A DNA stretch of 64,000 bases from a virus (IMGVR_UViG_3300020016_000005:5587-69586); one strand, 5' to 3'; shown: positions 18,043 through 27,539, counted from the first letter of the stretch. Notes: a model not told the origin generated them from the sequence alone. A program made the numbers and translations.

Positions 18043-18968
18043 TGCATATTTATTTAGCTGCCATTTACACCAACGGATATAGAGCTGGAGGTAACTCCGG
18101 TCGATACCAGAATTTGACTGACAACGAGAAACGGTTAGTTGATGCCGTCCCACACATTCTGGAATCATATCATTACGTCGGGAAGCAGAAGTTCGTTGAC
18201 GCCATGCGCGAAGATAAGGTGCGGGTGTTCCTTGACTCCGGAGCGTTCTCCGCTTATACGCTCAAGGTGGATCTTTCGGTTGCTGAATACTGTGAATACA
18301 TCAAACGCAATCTAGACATCATACGCGTCGAGGATGGAACCGTAATGGCATCCGTACTGGACGGCATCGGTGACCCCCTTCAGACGTATCGCAATCAATG
18401 TGAGATGGAAGCTCGGGGCGTCCGTCCGCTACCTTGCTTCCACGCAGGCGAAGATGAACGCTATCTCGAACACTATGTTCAGAACTACGAGTATATCACT
18501 CTAGGCGGTATGGTCGGAAGTTCATCCACGCAGCTTATGAAATGGCTTGATAGGATTTGGGATAGATATCTAGTCGATGGTAGTGGTCGTCCACGCCTCA
18601 AAGTACACGGATTCGGAATCACCTCTATCCCAATCATGGAAGCCTATCCTTGGTATAGCTGCGACTCATCTTCTTGGGTGCAGACTGCTGCGTTCGGTGG
18701 TATCCAGACACCACAATGGGGTCCGGTTAACGTCTCGTCGAAGAGCCCACAACGACACGACGCTGGTCAGCACGCCACTACATTGTCTCCGATTGAACAA
18801 GACGTTATCTTTAAGCACCTTGAGGATATGGGTTTCACCTACGAACGGTTATCCACCGTTTATGAATCGCGCGCGGCTTACAATTTATGGAGCTATGGTG
18901 TTATAAACGCTATGGTCGACGCAGCCAACGGCGGCATCTACAAAGGCAGAGTAAAGGAGCTATTTTAG
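18042..18968 (+). CDS. dpdA: DNA 7-deazaguanine transglycosylase (TGT fold)
   Basis: FLDSGAFSA, CFHAGED, LGGMVG, HGFG and CDSSSW; sits in the que cluster. Confidence 0.88.
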   Translation: MHIYLAAIYTNGYRAGGNSGRYQNLTDNEKRLVDAVPHILESYHYVGKQKFVDAMREDKVRVFLDSGAFSAYTLKVDLSVAEYCEYIKRNLDIIRVEDGTVMASVLDGIGDPLQTYRNQCEMEARGVRPLPCFHAGEDERYLEHYVQNYEYITLGGMVGSSSTQLMKWLDRIWDRYLVDGSGRPRLKVHGFGITSIPIMEAYPWYSCDSSSWVQTAAFGGIQTPQWGPVNVSSKSPQRHDAGQHATTLSPIEQDVIFKHLEDMGFTYERLSTVYESRAAYNLWSYGVINAMVDAANGGIYKGRVKELF

Positions 18969-19505
18969 ATGATATTACGACCGTTTGAATTATCAACTTG
19001 TTGGTATCCCAAACGAGATGTTCTCGATAAATTATTCGTCTACAATCCGGATACAGGATTGCTTCTCAATAAGATCGTTAGAAACCATAAAGCTCCCATC
19101 GGTGTTGAAACTGGTTGGCTCAGAGATGATGGATACCGACAGGTATGTATTAATTATGACTTATATGAAGTTCATAGAATCTGTTTTTATTTGGTTAATG
19201 ATTATTATCCAATCCAAGTTGATCATATAAATCAAATACATAATGACAATAGAGGTCGTAATCTTAGAGCTGCACAACAAAGCGAGAATGAAATGAATAA
19301 AAAACTAACCTCTCGCAATACATCTGGTGTTAAAGGTCTATCTATCGAGAAACGGGATTCCTATACCTATTGGAATGCTCGTGTAACAAAGAACGGCATT
19401 ACTGAATCAAAATTATTTCCGTTCGATGAAGAAGGACGTGAACAAGGTATTGAATTCTTAAAGAAAACACGTCGAGAAATGCACGGAGAATTTGCTTATG
19501 ACTAA
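18969..19505 (+). CDS. HNH homing endonuclease with AP2-like C-terminal domain
   Basis: VHRI, VDHINQIHNDNRGRNLR and NTSGVKG; AT-rich. Confidence 0.85.
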   Translation: MILRPFELSTCWYPKRDVLDKLFVYNPDTGLLLNKIVRNHKAPIGVETGWLRDDGYRQVCINYDLYEVHRICFYLVNDYYPIQVDHINQIHNDNRGRNLRAAQQSENEMNKKLTSRNTSGVKGLSIEKRDSYTYWNARVTKNGITESKLFPFDEEGREQGIEFLKKTRREMHGEFAYD

Positions 19506-20460
19506 TATCTTACAGTCGTTAAAATTTACCAAGGGAGCAGTAGCTACAAAGGATTTTGTTCCCGCAATGACGCATTTCCGTATTGAAAAAGGTACGGTCA
19601 GATCATTCAATGGTAATCTCGCTATCTGCAGTCCTATTGCATTGGACTTGGAATGCGTACCAAAAGCTGAGACGCTAGTCCGCGCAATTTCCAACTGCGA
19701 AGAGGAAGTTGTTCTCACCCTGACTGAGAAAGGACGTCTCCGTGTACAGAGTGGTAACTTCAGAGCCTTTATTGAAACTGTTGACACAGATGCAATACAT
19801 CCAGAGCCGTCGGGTAACATCGTTCAGATCGATGGATCAGCATTACTTGACTCGTTTGAAAAGATTAGTGCATTTGTTGGTAACGATGCATCTCGCCCTT
19901 GGACCAATGGTATTCTGTTACGAGGACAATCCGCTTTCGCAACGAACAATGTTTGTGTGATTGAATATTGGCTTGCGATTGACATCCCCTTTGTGGTTAA
20001 CATTCCAGGGACGGCAGTTAAAGAAGTGATCCGAGTTGGGGAACCCCCATCCCATCTCCAGCTTGATAATGGCTCTGTCACTTTCCATTACCCGGGTGGT
20101 AGATGGATTCGTACTCAACTCTATGTGACAGAGTGGCCAGATATCAGTAAGGTATTAGATCATAAATGTAACGCAGTTCCAATTGACCCGCGTCTCTACC
20201 CCGCACTTGACAATCTAACTGCGTTCGCAGATGATCTTACTCGAATCCATATTAAGGATGGAGTTCTCCAGACTCATCTAGACGAAGAAACAGGAGCCAG
20301 CTACGAAGTAGACGGTCTAGGTATCGGAGGAATCTATCAGATTAAGATGCTTCGCCTATTGGAGGGAGTCGCTGAGACAGCAGACTTCACACGCTATCCT
20401 CAGCCTGTTCTATTCTTTGGAGAGAAGTTGCGTGGTGCGATTGTTGGTATGCGTGGTTAA
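19498..20460 (+). CDS. DNA polymerase III beta-like sliding clamp
   Basis: About 320 aa; LKFTKGAVATKDFVP, ASRPWTNGILL and AFATNN; lies just upstream of the polymerase. Confidence 0.75.
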   Translation: MTNILQSLKFTKGAVATKDFVPAMTHFRIEKGTVRSFNGNLAICSPIALDLECVPKAETLVRAISNCEEEVVLTLTEKGRLRVQSGNFRAFIETVDTDAIHPEPSGNIVQIDGSALLDSFEKISAFVGNDASRPWTNGILLRGQSAFATNNVCVIEYWLAIDIPFVVNIPGTAVKEVIRVGEPPSHLQLDNGSVTFHYPGGRWIRTQLYVTEWPDISKVLDHKCNAVPIDPRLYPALDNLTAFADDLTRIHIKDGVLQTHLDEETGASYEVDGLGIGGIYQIKMLRLLEGVAETADFTRYPQPVLFFGEKLRGAIVGMRG

Positions 20461-20711
20461 TGGCAACTAAGAAAATATGTGACTGTGGATACATAGAGTC
20501 ACTTATCAACTCAATGGAGAATGCAATGGTAACGAAAAATAAGTCAGTCGATCTTGGAACCATTCAAGACAACCTGATCGCAGCTAAGAAGAAACTTGCT
20601 GCAGATGAGCGCGCCTTGGAGCGAGCACATCAGGCGTACGATCAATCCAAAGAACAGCATTCGAAAGCAGTTCAAGAGTTGAAGGACGCAACCCGGACAG
20701 TACTGGGCTAA
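20460..20711 (+). CDS. small coiled-coil hypothetical protein
   Basis: TAATG-coupled ORF; alternative start at 20526 with GGAG RBS. Confidence 0.55.
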   Translation: MATKKICDCGYIESLINSMENAMVTKNKSVDLGTIQDNLIAAKKKLAADERALERAHQAYDQSKEQHSKAVQELKDATRTVLG

Positions 20712-20712
20712 G

Positions 20713-22749
20713 ATGCCTCGTAATCCCGTTGAGGGTCTTTTTTGGGACGACACTCCTCCACCCCCGAAGGAAAAAACCCAACGGGAGAAGCGTACTCCTC
20801 CTGAACAAACTTGGCTCGATCATTTGCCCGGACTTGAAGAAGCCCGGGCATTTCCCGTCGAGCTATTGACTTACGATGAACTGCTTTACATCAGTGATAA
20901 ACAGGAAGAACTTATAGTCGACGTAGAAGTATTCTCAAACTACTTCCTCGCAGTATTTACCCATGCCGCCTCGGGCAAGATCTTCTATCTAGATTCTACA
21001 CAATCAGAATACAATTCGGGATTACGTTGGATCTTAAAGAATTGCCTTACAGTAGGATTCAATTCTATCTCATACGATCTAACAATCTGCTACTGTGTCT
21101 GCGAAGGTCTATCAACTGAATTTCTAAAAGAGATCTCAGATGCACTAATCAAATACAACGTGAGCCCTTATGAGATTCATCATAGATATAGAATTAAGAG
21201 GTTTCCTGTAAACCATATTGATCTAATTGAAGTCGCCCCGTTGTTTGCAAGTCTGAAGACCTATGCCGGAAGACTCCATGCAAAGAAGATTCAAGATCTT
21301 CCATTCCATCCAGATACTGTTTTGAGTGAAGAACAGATTATCATTGTTCGTTGGTATTGCGTAAATGATACGTTCAATACTCAGCTCCTTCGCGATTGTC
21401 TAAAAGAACAGATCGAACTGCGTTACGAATTAAGTAATGAGTTCAGTGTGGATCTGCGTTCGAAATCTGATGCACAAATTGCAGAAGCTGTTATCAATAA
21501 AGAACTCAAAAGAATTACAGGACGTTTCCCAACTAAACCTAAAGTCGAAGTTGGTACAGTTTACCGATACAAGGTTCCTTATTATCTTAATTTCCAATCT
21601 GGTCTAATGAAGTATGCTTTGAATGTTGTTGCGAACGCTGAGTTTATTGTCGACTATACTGGCTCGATTGCGATGCCAAAAGAGATCAAAGAACTTCCGA
21701 TTGAGATGAACGGTTCTGTGTACCGTATGGGAATCGGAGGTCTACACAGTTCCGAACAGACTGCTGCTCATGTAAGTGATAACGATTTCATATTGTTAGA
21801 TAAAGACGTGACATCTTATTATCCATTCATTATTCTAAATCTTGGACTGACACCACAACATATGGGCGATGCGTTCCTCACCGTATATCGATCCATCGTC
21901 AATAAACGACTTGAGGCAAAGCGAGCTGGAAATAAAGCTGTTGCAGAGTCACTAAAGATTGTGGTCAACGGAACATTCGGCAAGCTAGGCAACATGCACT
22001 CGATTATCTATTCACCCGACTTACTATTCCAGGTCACACTTACTGGTCAGCTAAGTCTTCTACTTCTGATCGAGCGTCTTGAGCTTGCAGGGATTCGTGT
22101 CGTCAGTGCTAATACGGATGGCATTGTGATTAAATGTCCACGCCCGCTTCAGACAAGAATGAATGAGATCATTAAAGCTTGGGAGTTCGATACTCGTTTC
22201 GAGACTGAAGGATCTGAATTTCAAGCTCTCTATTCAAGAGATGTCAATAACTATATAGCGATTAAGAAAGACGGAAAGACCAAATCTAAAGGAGCTTATG
22301 CAAAGCCTGAGCAGTCCGAACAGAAGCTGCATAAGAATCCGACAGCAACTATCTGTCTAGATGCAGTAATTGATTATCTTACCAAAGGAATTCCATTGGA
22401 AACCACAATCCGGGGTTGCACTGATATTACAAAGTTTGTCAGCGTCCGCAATGTACGCGGGGGCGCTGCGAGGGTTCAACCTTCTGGGAACGAATACGTT
22501 GGTCGCGCCATTAGATGGTACTACGCAACAGAAGTTGAGGGAGAGCTAGTCTATGTTATATCAGGCAACAAAGTACCTCGTTCTGATGGAGCAAGAGAGC
22601 TGATGGTACTTCCAAATTCTCTCCCGACCGACATAAACTATGAATGGTATATTACAGAGGCAGAAAGAATACTAGTCGATATTGGGGCCGCTGTAGCGCC
22701 GGCTGTAGCCCCCGATCAACAAGTAGCCACAGCAGCACAGGCCAGCTAG
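20713..22749 (+). CDS. family B DNA polymerase with 3'-5' exonuclease domain
   Basis: VDVE, GFNSISYD, HIDL, DKDVTSYYP, KIVVNGTFGK and ANTDG. Confidence 0.9.
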   Translation: MPRNPVEGLFWDDTPPPPKEKTQREKRTPPEQTWLDHLPGLEEARAFPVELLTYDELLYISDKQEELIVDVEVFSNYFLAVFTHAASGKIFYLDSTQSEYNSGLRWILKNCLTVGFNSISYDLTICYCVCEGLSTEFLKEISDALIKYNVSPYEIHHRYRIKRFPVNHIDLIEVAPLFASLKTYAGRLHAKKIQDLPFHPDTVLSEEQIIIVRWYCVNDTFNTQLLRDCLKEQIELRYELSNEFSVDLRSKSDAQIAEAVINKELKRITGRFPTKPKVEVGTVYRYKVPYYLNFQSGLMKYALNVVANAEFIVDYTGSIAMPKEIKELPIEMNGSVYRMGIGGLHSSEQTAAHVSDNDFILLDKDVTSYYPFIILNLGLTPQHMGDAFLTVYRSIVNKRLEAKRAGNKAVAESLKIVVNGTFGKLGNMHSIIYSPDLLFQVTLTGQLSLLLLIERLELAGIRVVSANTDGIVIKCPRPLQTRMNEIIKAWEFDTRFETEGSEFQALYSRDVNNYIAIKKDGKTKSKGAYAKPEQSEQKLHKNPTATICLDAVIDYLTKGIPLETTIRGCTDITKFVSVRNVRGGAARVQPSGNEYVGRAIRWYYATEVEGELVYVISGNKVPRSDGARELMVLPNSLPTDINYEWYITEAERILVDIGAAVAPAVAPDQQVATAAQAS

Positions 22750-22826
22750 AGAAACGTACTGTAGCGGCGGCGCTGCGGCCTACGCACACATCAAAAAGCA
22801 GAGCTAATAACGTAAGGGAACCAGCA

Positions 22827-23267
22827 GTGATCCACATTGTTAACAAGGGAAAGACGGGAGAGCGCGAGGTCGCAGATGCAATGAACTATTGTATCTACCT
22901 CGCAATGATGGAGTTAGGTTATACGAGAGAAGAGTGTCTTCAGGGTATGTCGACCATTCAAAGAAATCAAATACAGACTGCTATTGGTGGTTCTGATCTG
23001 ATTGGTTGCTACGGTCTTTCAATCGAAGTTAAACGCCAAGAGACACTTAGTGTCAATACTTGGTGGAAACAATGTGAGACATCTGCAAAGCGAGACAACG
23101 CAATTCCTGTTCTTATTTATAGACAGAATAAAAAACCATGGCGAGTTAGAACCTACATCTCAATGCCCCTTCCCGAAGGTCACCAGATGCAGGCTATTGC
23201 AGAAATCGATTGGGATACTTTTCGGATTTGGTTTACCGGGTGGGTAAAAGCCACCCTCCAAAAATAA
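22827..23267 (+). CDS. Holliday junction resolvase-like PD-(D/E)xK nuclease
   Basis: NKGKTGEREVA, GGSDL, SIEVKRQE and PVLIYRQN..WR; GTG start inferred. Confidence 0.75.
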   Translation: MIHIVNKGKTGEREVADAMNYCIYLAMMELGYTREECLQGMSTIQRNQIQTAIGGSDLIGCYGLSIEVKRQETLSVNTWWKQCETSAKRDNAIPVLIYRQNKKPWRVRTYISMPLPEGHQMQAIAEIDWDTFRIWFTGWVKATLQK

Positions 23268-23270
23268 AGC

Positions 23271-23299
23271 TTGCATCAACAGGCAGATCTACATATACT
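23271..23299 (+). promoter_or_regulatory. sigma70-like promoter heading the small-ORF cluster
   Basis: TTGCAT-N17-TATACT. Confidence 0.65.
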
Positions 23300-23323
23300 G
23301 TGCGGCTAACGGAGCACAAGCCT

Positions 23324-23548
23324 ATGGCCGCAGAACGGGTAATTATTGAAGCCGAATCAGGCGAACTATTATCATGCCCATTCTGCGGTTCACCTTGTTC
23401 ATTCGAACATGACAAAAGTGGGGACTTGGCATCGTGGTACGTTTATTGTCGCGATGTCAAGGATGAATGTCCAGTCGGATACACAAACTCAATTGGCTAC
23501 GCGCGTCGAGTTGAAGCAGCAGCGAATTGGAATAAACGCCATGCGTAG
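23324..23548 (+). CDS. Lar-like (restriction alleviation family) Zn-binding protein
   Basis: LLSCPFCG...C...C...AAANWNKR; GGAG RBS. Confidence 0.7.
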   Translation: MAAERVIIEAESGELLSCPFCGSPCSFEHDKSGDLASWYVYCRDVKDECPVGYTNSIGYARRVEAAANWNKRHA

Positions 23549-23984
23549 GGTAGTTCCGACGAAACTTAAGACAGCACGTCTCGAGGGCTACGGTTATCCT
23601 AAATCGGAGCTGGCAGGCGCATTTCAATTGATGGGTCCCTGCGGCACGTCATTACGAATTATATCTAATGGTGCTGAACATCCGGATGCACACGGTTGGG
23701 AACATGTTAGTGTGAGCACCGAAAGAAGATGTCCGAATTGGGAAGAAATGTGTTTCATTAAAGATCTATTTTGGGAAGAGAATGAATTAGTTATTCAATA
23801 TCATGTGCCTAAAGAAGACCACATCAACAATCACCCTTATGTGCTCCACCTATGGAAAGATACTCACTTTCCGCATCCGCGCATGCCGCCAGCTAACCAG
23901 GTTGGGATAAAAGGTTTGTCTCACGAGGAATCGCGTAGACTTGGACAGAGCATGCGCAATAAGCGTTTGAAAATCAACAAATGA
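23541..23984 (+). CDS. conserved phage hypothetical protein
   Basis: GWEHVSVS..RCPNWEEMCFIKDLFW..HPYVLHLW. Confidence 0.75.
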   Translation: MRRVVPTKLKTARLEGYGYPKSELAGAFQLMGPCGTSLRIISNGAEHPDAHGWEHVSVSTERRCPNWEEMCFIKDLFWEENELVIQYHVPKEDHINNHPYVLHLWKDTHFPHPRMPPANQVGIKGLSHEESRRLGQSMRNKRLKINK

Positions 23985-24169
23985 TTTATCCAAAATGTCC
24001 AGAATGCCGTGGAACTAAATTCAGTCATCTGATTGACGAAGCACATGGGATATCCGGGACCTATATGGATAAAACAGAACGATTCGTTTGTAGAACATGT
24101 GGAATAGTTATAAGCTGCAATTCACCTGAAGCTAAAGAATTCCCATTTCAATACGAGAAAATCAAATGA
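23981..24169 (+). CDS. small Zn-finger hypothetical protein
   Basis: CPEC...CRTC. Confidence 0.6.
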   Translation: MIYPKCPECRGTKFSHLIDEAHGISGTYMDKTERFVCRTCGIVISCNSPEAKEFPFQYEKIK

Positions 24170-24369
24170 CCGTAATGGACGTCGACACAATTACAGAACT
24201 ACTTGTTCTTATTCGTCCGGCCGTAGATACGATAGCTAGTACAGTTGATGAGAGACGAAACAATAACGAGTACATTGCAATCGCTCTTAAAGCGGGTGAT
24301 GCAAGAAACGTGATCAAAGCTGCCCTCTTTCTCGAAGGACTTTTAATGGCAAGAAGAATGGGACGTTAA
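24166..24369 (+). CDS. hypothetical protein
   Basis: ATGA-coupled ORF. Confidence 0.55.
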   Translation: MTVMDVDTITELLVLIRPAVDTIASTVDERRNNNEYIAIALKAGDARNVIKAALFLEGLLMARRMGR

Positions 24370-24370
24370 A

Positions 24371-24607
24371 ATGAAAGAAACACGTCGCAGCCAAAAGATT
24401 GCCCGTCTAAAACGCGAAGTGACTGCTGCGCTGCGAAAGATCGGCGCCACTAAAGCTCAGGTCATGGAAGTTGCTAAAAAGTTTCGTGAGCTTGACGCCG
24501 TCCGAGAACGCATGATCATGTGGGGTGACGAGTGGGCTAAGGATGACCACCCTCACGCAATACTCGCGCGGGCGCACGCGGTCGGTGCGCTTTCCACCTC
24601 AATGTAA
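24371..24607 (+). CDS. hypothetical protein
   Basis: Basic helical ORF in the operon. Confidence 0.55.
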   Translation: MKETRRSQKIARLKREVTAALRKIGATKAQVMEVAKKFRELDAVRERMIMWGDEWAKDDHPHAILARAHAVGALSTSM

Positions 24608-24620
24608 CGAGATATGATTA

Positions 24621-24770
24621 ATGAGCACCCATCACATCAATCTATCTCCAGAGATCCTTGCTGTGCTTCGTGCGCTGCGACTAATCGCGCATCGAGCATT
24701 GGGCAATGGACGAGAAGAAATTACAGTTGCTGATATTGAATGGGCAATCCAAGAGTTGGAAAAGAAATGA
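24621..24770 (+). CDS. small hypothetical protein (49 aa)
   Basis: Hand-translated MSTHHINLSPEIL...LEKK*; ATGA overlap with the next ORF. Confidence 0.5.
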   Translation: MSTHHINLSPEILAVLRALRLIAHRALGNGREEITVADIEWAIQELEKK

Positions 24771-24961
24771 GCGAAGAAGATAGCTGCAATCTGCTTATCC
24801 ATCTTCAGGAAGTAGCAGCTAGTTACGCGCGATGGGCAGCGACTCATCTTGCGGATAGACACTTTGAAGATTCTGTTCTATTTCAAGGGGAATCTGCTTA
24901 TACATCTGCGTATGCCCGTAAGATGTTGTTCACGTTAATCGGGAACGGAGAGAAAACATGA
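24767..24961 (+). CDS. hypothetical protein
   Basis: ATGA overlaps on both sides. Confidence 0.55.
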   Translation: MSEEDSCNLLIHLQEVAASYARWAATHLADRHFEDSVLFQGESAYTSAYARKMLFTLIGNGEKT

Positions 24962-25125
24962 ATAGACCAAAGGCGATGGCAGAACTTGATATATGGTTTG
25001 CAGAATTCGAAAAACGCAAACGAGAGATGATAGCTGCTGGCATGTCTAAAGAAGATGCAGATGACAAAGCCGCAGCAGAAATTCGTCAACAGATTCGTCA
25101 GAGTGGATCAAGTCAGACACATTGA
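24958..25125 (+). CDS. small hypothetical protein (55 aa)
   Basis: Hand-translated MNRPKAMAELDIWF...; GGAG RBS. Confidence 0.55.
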   Translation: MNRPKAMAELDIWFAEFEKRKREMIAAGMSKEDADDKAAAEIRQQIRQSGSSQTH

Positions 25126-25487
25126 TGAAATTTATCTACATTGCTGCGGTACTTAGTGCCGCTCTTATTTCCTGGGGTATAATCTATGTCAGGAAGGAGC
25201 CACCGCGAAAGGTGTATGCCACACTTCAGGAGAGATGGGGCGACACACCAAGCAACGTTATAGTCTCTCCGCCGAAAATCAATACCGTAAGAACCATTGC
25301 AATCACTCGGGAACCGGTGGAGGTGAAAGAGGTTGCGCTTCCACCGCAAGAAGTTGAGCCTCCAATACAAGACGTTGTGAAGCCCCATAGAAGAACCAGA
25401 TATAGACCCACTCGATCTGGAATTTGTAGTGTTCACGGTATGCGTAAAGTCTACGTTGGAAAATATAGATGGAGGTGCAGAAGATGA
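25125..25487 (+). CDS. membrane-anchored protein with a basic Cys-containing C-terminus
   Basis: N-terminal TM; ends ICSVHGMRKVYVGKYRWRCRR. Confidence 0.65.
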   Translation: MKFIYIAAVLSAALISWGIIYVRKEPPRKVYATLQERWGDTPSNVIVSPPKINTVRTIAITREPVEVKEVALPPQEVEPPIQDVVKPHRRTRYRPTRSGICSVHGMRKVYVGKYRWRCRR

Positions 25488-25678
25488 AATATCCAATCGG
25501 ATTAGTCAAAGACGACGGTAGCAAACAGATTGCTATTCGCTTTCCGCCCAAACTGTTTGATGAGATTATCAAACTAGCTAAGAAGGATGGAAAGAATTTC
25601 AACGCCATGGTAGTAGGTCTTGTTACCTGTGGAAAACTTTGTATCAGCGAAAGCGATGCATTGGAGCCCCGTCAATGA
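25484..25678 (+). CDS. Arc/ribbon-helix-helix DNA-binding protein
   Basis: KQIAIRFPPKLFDEIIKLAKKDGKNFNAMVV pattern. Confidence 0.65.
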   Translation: MKYPIGLVKDDGSKQIAIRFPPKLFDEIIKLAKKDGKNFNAMVVGLVTCGKLCISESDALEPRQ

Positions 25679-25935
25679 ATCATAGAATTCAATGGGTTGA
25701 TGGTAAAGCAGAAGCTAAGGGTCAACCCAATCCGAGATATCCTCTCGGCATTGATCTTGACATGTCCAAAGGTCAGAAAGAAATGTGCCTTGTTATGTTA
25801 CCCTATCCGGCAAAACGAATAGGATATTATCTTATTGAATGCCCAAAGTGCGATTTACGTGTTGGTGTTAGTACCGCAGGTCGTGTAGATGATCCTCGCT
25901 CGGTAAAACTTGCGTGTAAAGGATTTAAGAAATGA
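25675..25935 (+). CDS. hypothetical protein
   Basis: C...CPKC...C; coupled ORF. Confidence 0.55.
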   Translation: MNHRIQWVDGKAEAKGQPNPRYPLGIDLDMSKGQKEMCLVMLPYPAKRIGYYLIECPKCDLRVGVSTAGRVDDPRSVKLACKGFKK

Positions 25936-26087
25936 AACGCTGGGCAATCATTAGACACATTCGATATTTCTATTTGCTTTATCAGGTCAATAGACATTAT
26001 GAATTGTGGATGAAGTTAGGTATGTTACCTGTCAATATCGAAAAAGATTACGCTCACTTAGATAAAATTTGGAGTGGAGAAGTATGA
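25932..26087 (+). CDS. small hypothetical protein (51 aa)
   Basis: Hand-translated MKRWAIIRHIRYFY...; ATGA overlaps. Confidence 0.5.
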   Translation: MKRWAIIRHIRYFYLLYQVNRHYELWMKLGMLPVNIEKDYAHLDKIWSGEV

Positions 26088-26314
26088 CCATTCGTATTCC
26101 AACTCGAGTAAAAAAGCTTGAGGAAAAAATAAGAATTTCTCAGAGTAGAAAAGATAAGAATGGAGAGACAATAACCGTGACAGAAAATCTGGGGTGGTTT
26201 GTACACTTCGAAGGAAGTTGGGAAGCTCTTTTTGTAGGGTACAATAGACCAGAGGGTTTAGAAACAGGTTCCGAAGTTGATATTATTATTCAACCTCGAA
26301 AAGCTCGCACTTGA
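26084..26314 (+). CDS. hypothetical protein
   Basis: GGAG RBS. Confidence 0.55.
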   Translation: MTIRIPTRVKKLEEKIRISQSRKDKNGETITVTENLGWFVHFEGSWEALFVGYNRPEGLETGSEVDIIIQPRKART

Positions 26315-26339
26315 CATCTAGTGTTTAATGTGCAACAAT
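26311..26339 (+). promoter_or_regulatory. possible sigma70-like promoter
   Basis: TTGACA-N17-AACAAT with extended TG; -10 imperfect. Confidence 0.45.
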
Positions 26340-26367
26340 ACGTTACTGTTAGGACGGAGAAGGAGCT

Positions 26368-26787
26368 ATGAACCTCTATTACATAGATGCGGGAGAGCGA
26401 CGCTTCTTTGCCAATAAGACAAACGCTCATAATGCTGCCCAAGATGCGGCAGATAAAGTTCAACGTGGGGTAATCATATCTCGAATGTTTATTGCAGTCG
26501 ATCGAGACAACATTGCTCGCCTTGCTAATTCTGAAGCAGGGTTTAGTAAATTCGTAGGGCGTGTCTCTGTAGTGTTGCCCAGGAAGCGCCCAAAAGTAAA
26601 ACTGAAACGAATTGCTGCAACGCTAATATTGTTCACAACATTTCTGTTGCCGAACCCTAGTGAGGCAGCCAGTTGTACTACGCGCCGTAGCGGTTCAGTG
26701 AGCATCACAACCTGCGACGGCAAAGATTTCTATTCACAATGCCGCAGTTACCGTTCAGGGAGCGTCGTCAAGACGAGTTGCAAATGA
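26368..26787 (+). CDS. hypothetical protein with an internal hydrophobic segment and a Cys-repeat C-terminus
   Basis: AAGGAG RBS; SCTTRRSGSVSITTC / QCRSYRSGSVVKTSC repeat. Confidence 0.65.
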   Translation: MNLYYIDAGERRFFANKTNAHNAAQDAADKVQRGVIISRMFIAVDRDNIARLANSEAGFSKFVGRVSVVLPRKRPKVKLKRIAATLILFTTFLLPNPSEAASCTTRRSGSVSITTCDGKDFYSQCRSYRSGSVVKTSCK

Positions 26788-26966
26788 CTGATATCGAAGT
26801 TAAATGGGACAATCTGGGTAAAGAACTGCGGACTACATCAAATGGTGCAGCAGTTCTACGTATGCTGCTGGGTCACGGTGTCACTCATCTTGTTAAGATG
26901 GGAGATAACGGTCTCAAACAATCGTGCAGCATAGAAATGGTACTCGACTATTATCATAAAGTATAA
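26784..26966 (+). CDS. hypothetical protein
   Basis: ATGA-coupled ORF. Confidence 0.5.
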   Translation: MTDIEVKWDNLGKELRTTSNGAAVLRMLLGHGVTHLVKMGDNGLKQSCSIEMVLDYYHKV

Positions 26967-26970
26967 GCCG

Positions 26971-27195
26971 GTGACAAAAATGGAATTCGACTACCGACCT
27001 TCCGGTCCCGAGGTCGAGAAGGCTGATCACTATGACGTCACCTTCTGTGATGATCTAGACGCTGGTCTGCATATCTTCTCTTATCGGGCAAATGGAACAA
27101 TCATCTGCGAGACAAATCTATCCGTAAAAGCAACATTAGATCTGATTAAGTACTGCATGCCTCACCTCTATGACAAAGCAACCCGGAGATCATAA
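26971..27195 (+). CDS. hypothetical protein
   Basis: ORF track; coupled to the next gene. Confidence 0.5.
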   Translation: MTKMEFDYRPSGPEVEKADHYDVTFCDDLDAGLHIFSYRANGTIICETNLSVKATLDLIKYCMPHLYDKATRRS

Positions 27196-27539
27196 TGACA
27201 GAAAATCAAAGAATCGCTAGCCTGACTACTGATGCGGTCCGTACATCTGCTGATCGTATGGTTGCTGACATTAAGTCTGTAGTCGAGCAGGCACTCGCGA
27301 TGGCCGAACACATACGCGCCCTCGGTCTTAAATTCGAACAGGACATTGGAGAGCGCACACTCGAGGTCACGGACACAATCAACGCTTATGTGACGTTCTG
27401 TGGAAAGACCACGGACCTATTCAAGACGTTGCAGAACTCTCCGTCAATGCCCAATGGACATCCGAAGTCGGAGAAACAATGGGAAGATGAGAACAACAAG
27501 CTTCGCGCTTCGTTAACTTCAGATATCGACGGGAGATAG
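27195..27539 (+). CDS. hypothetical protein
   Basis: GGAG RBS; helical. Confidence 0.6.
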   Translation: MTENQRIASLTTDAVRTSADRMVADIKSVVEQALAMAEHIRALGLKFEQDIGERTLEVTDTINAYVTFCGKTTDLFKTLQNSPSMPNGHPKSEKQWEDENNKLRASLTSDIDGR

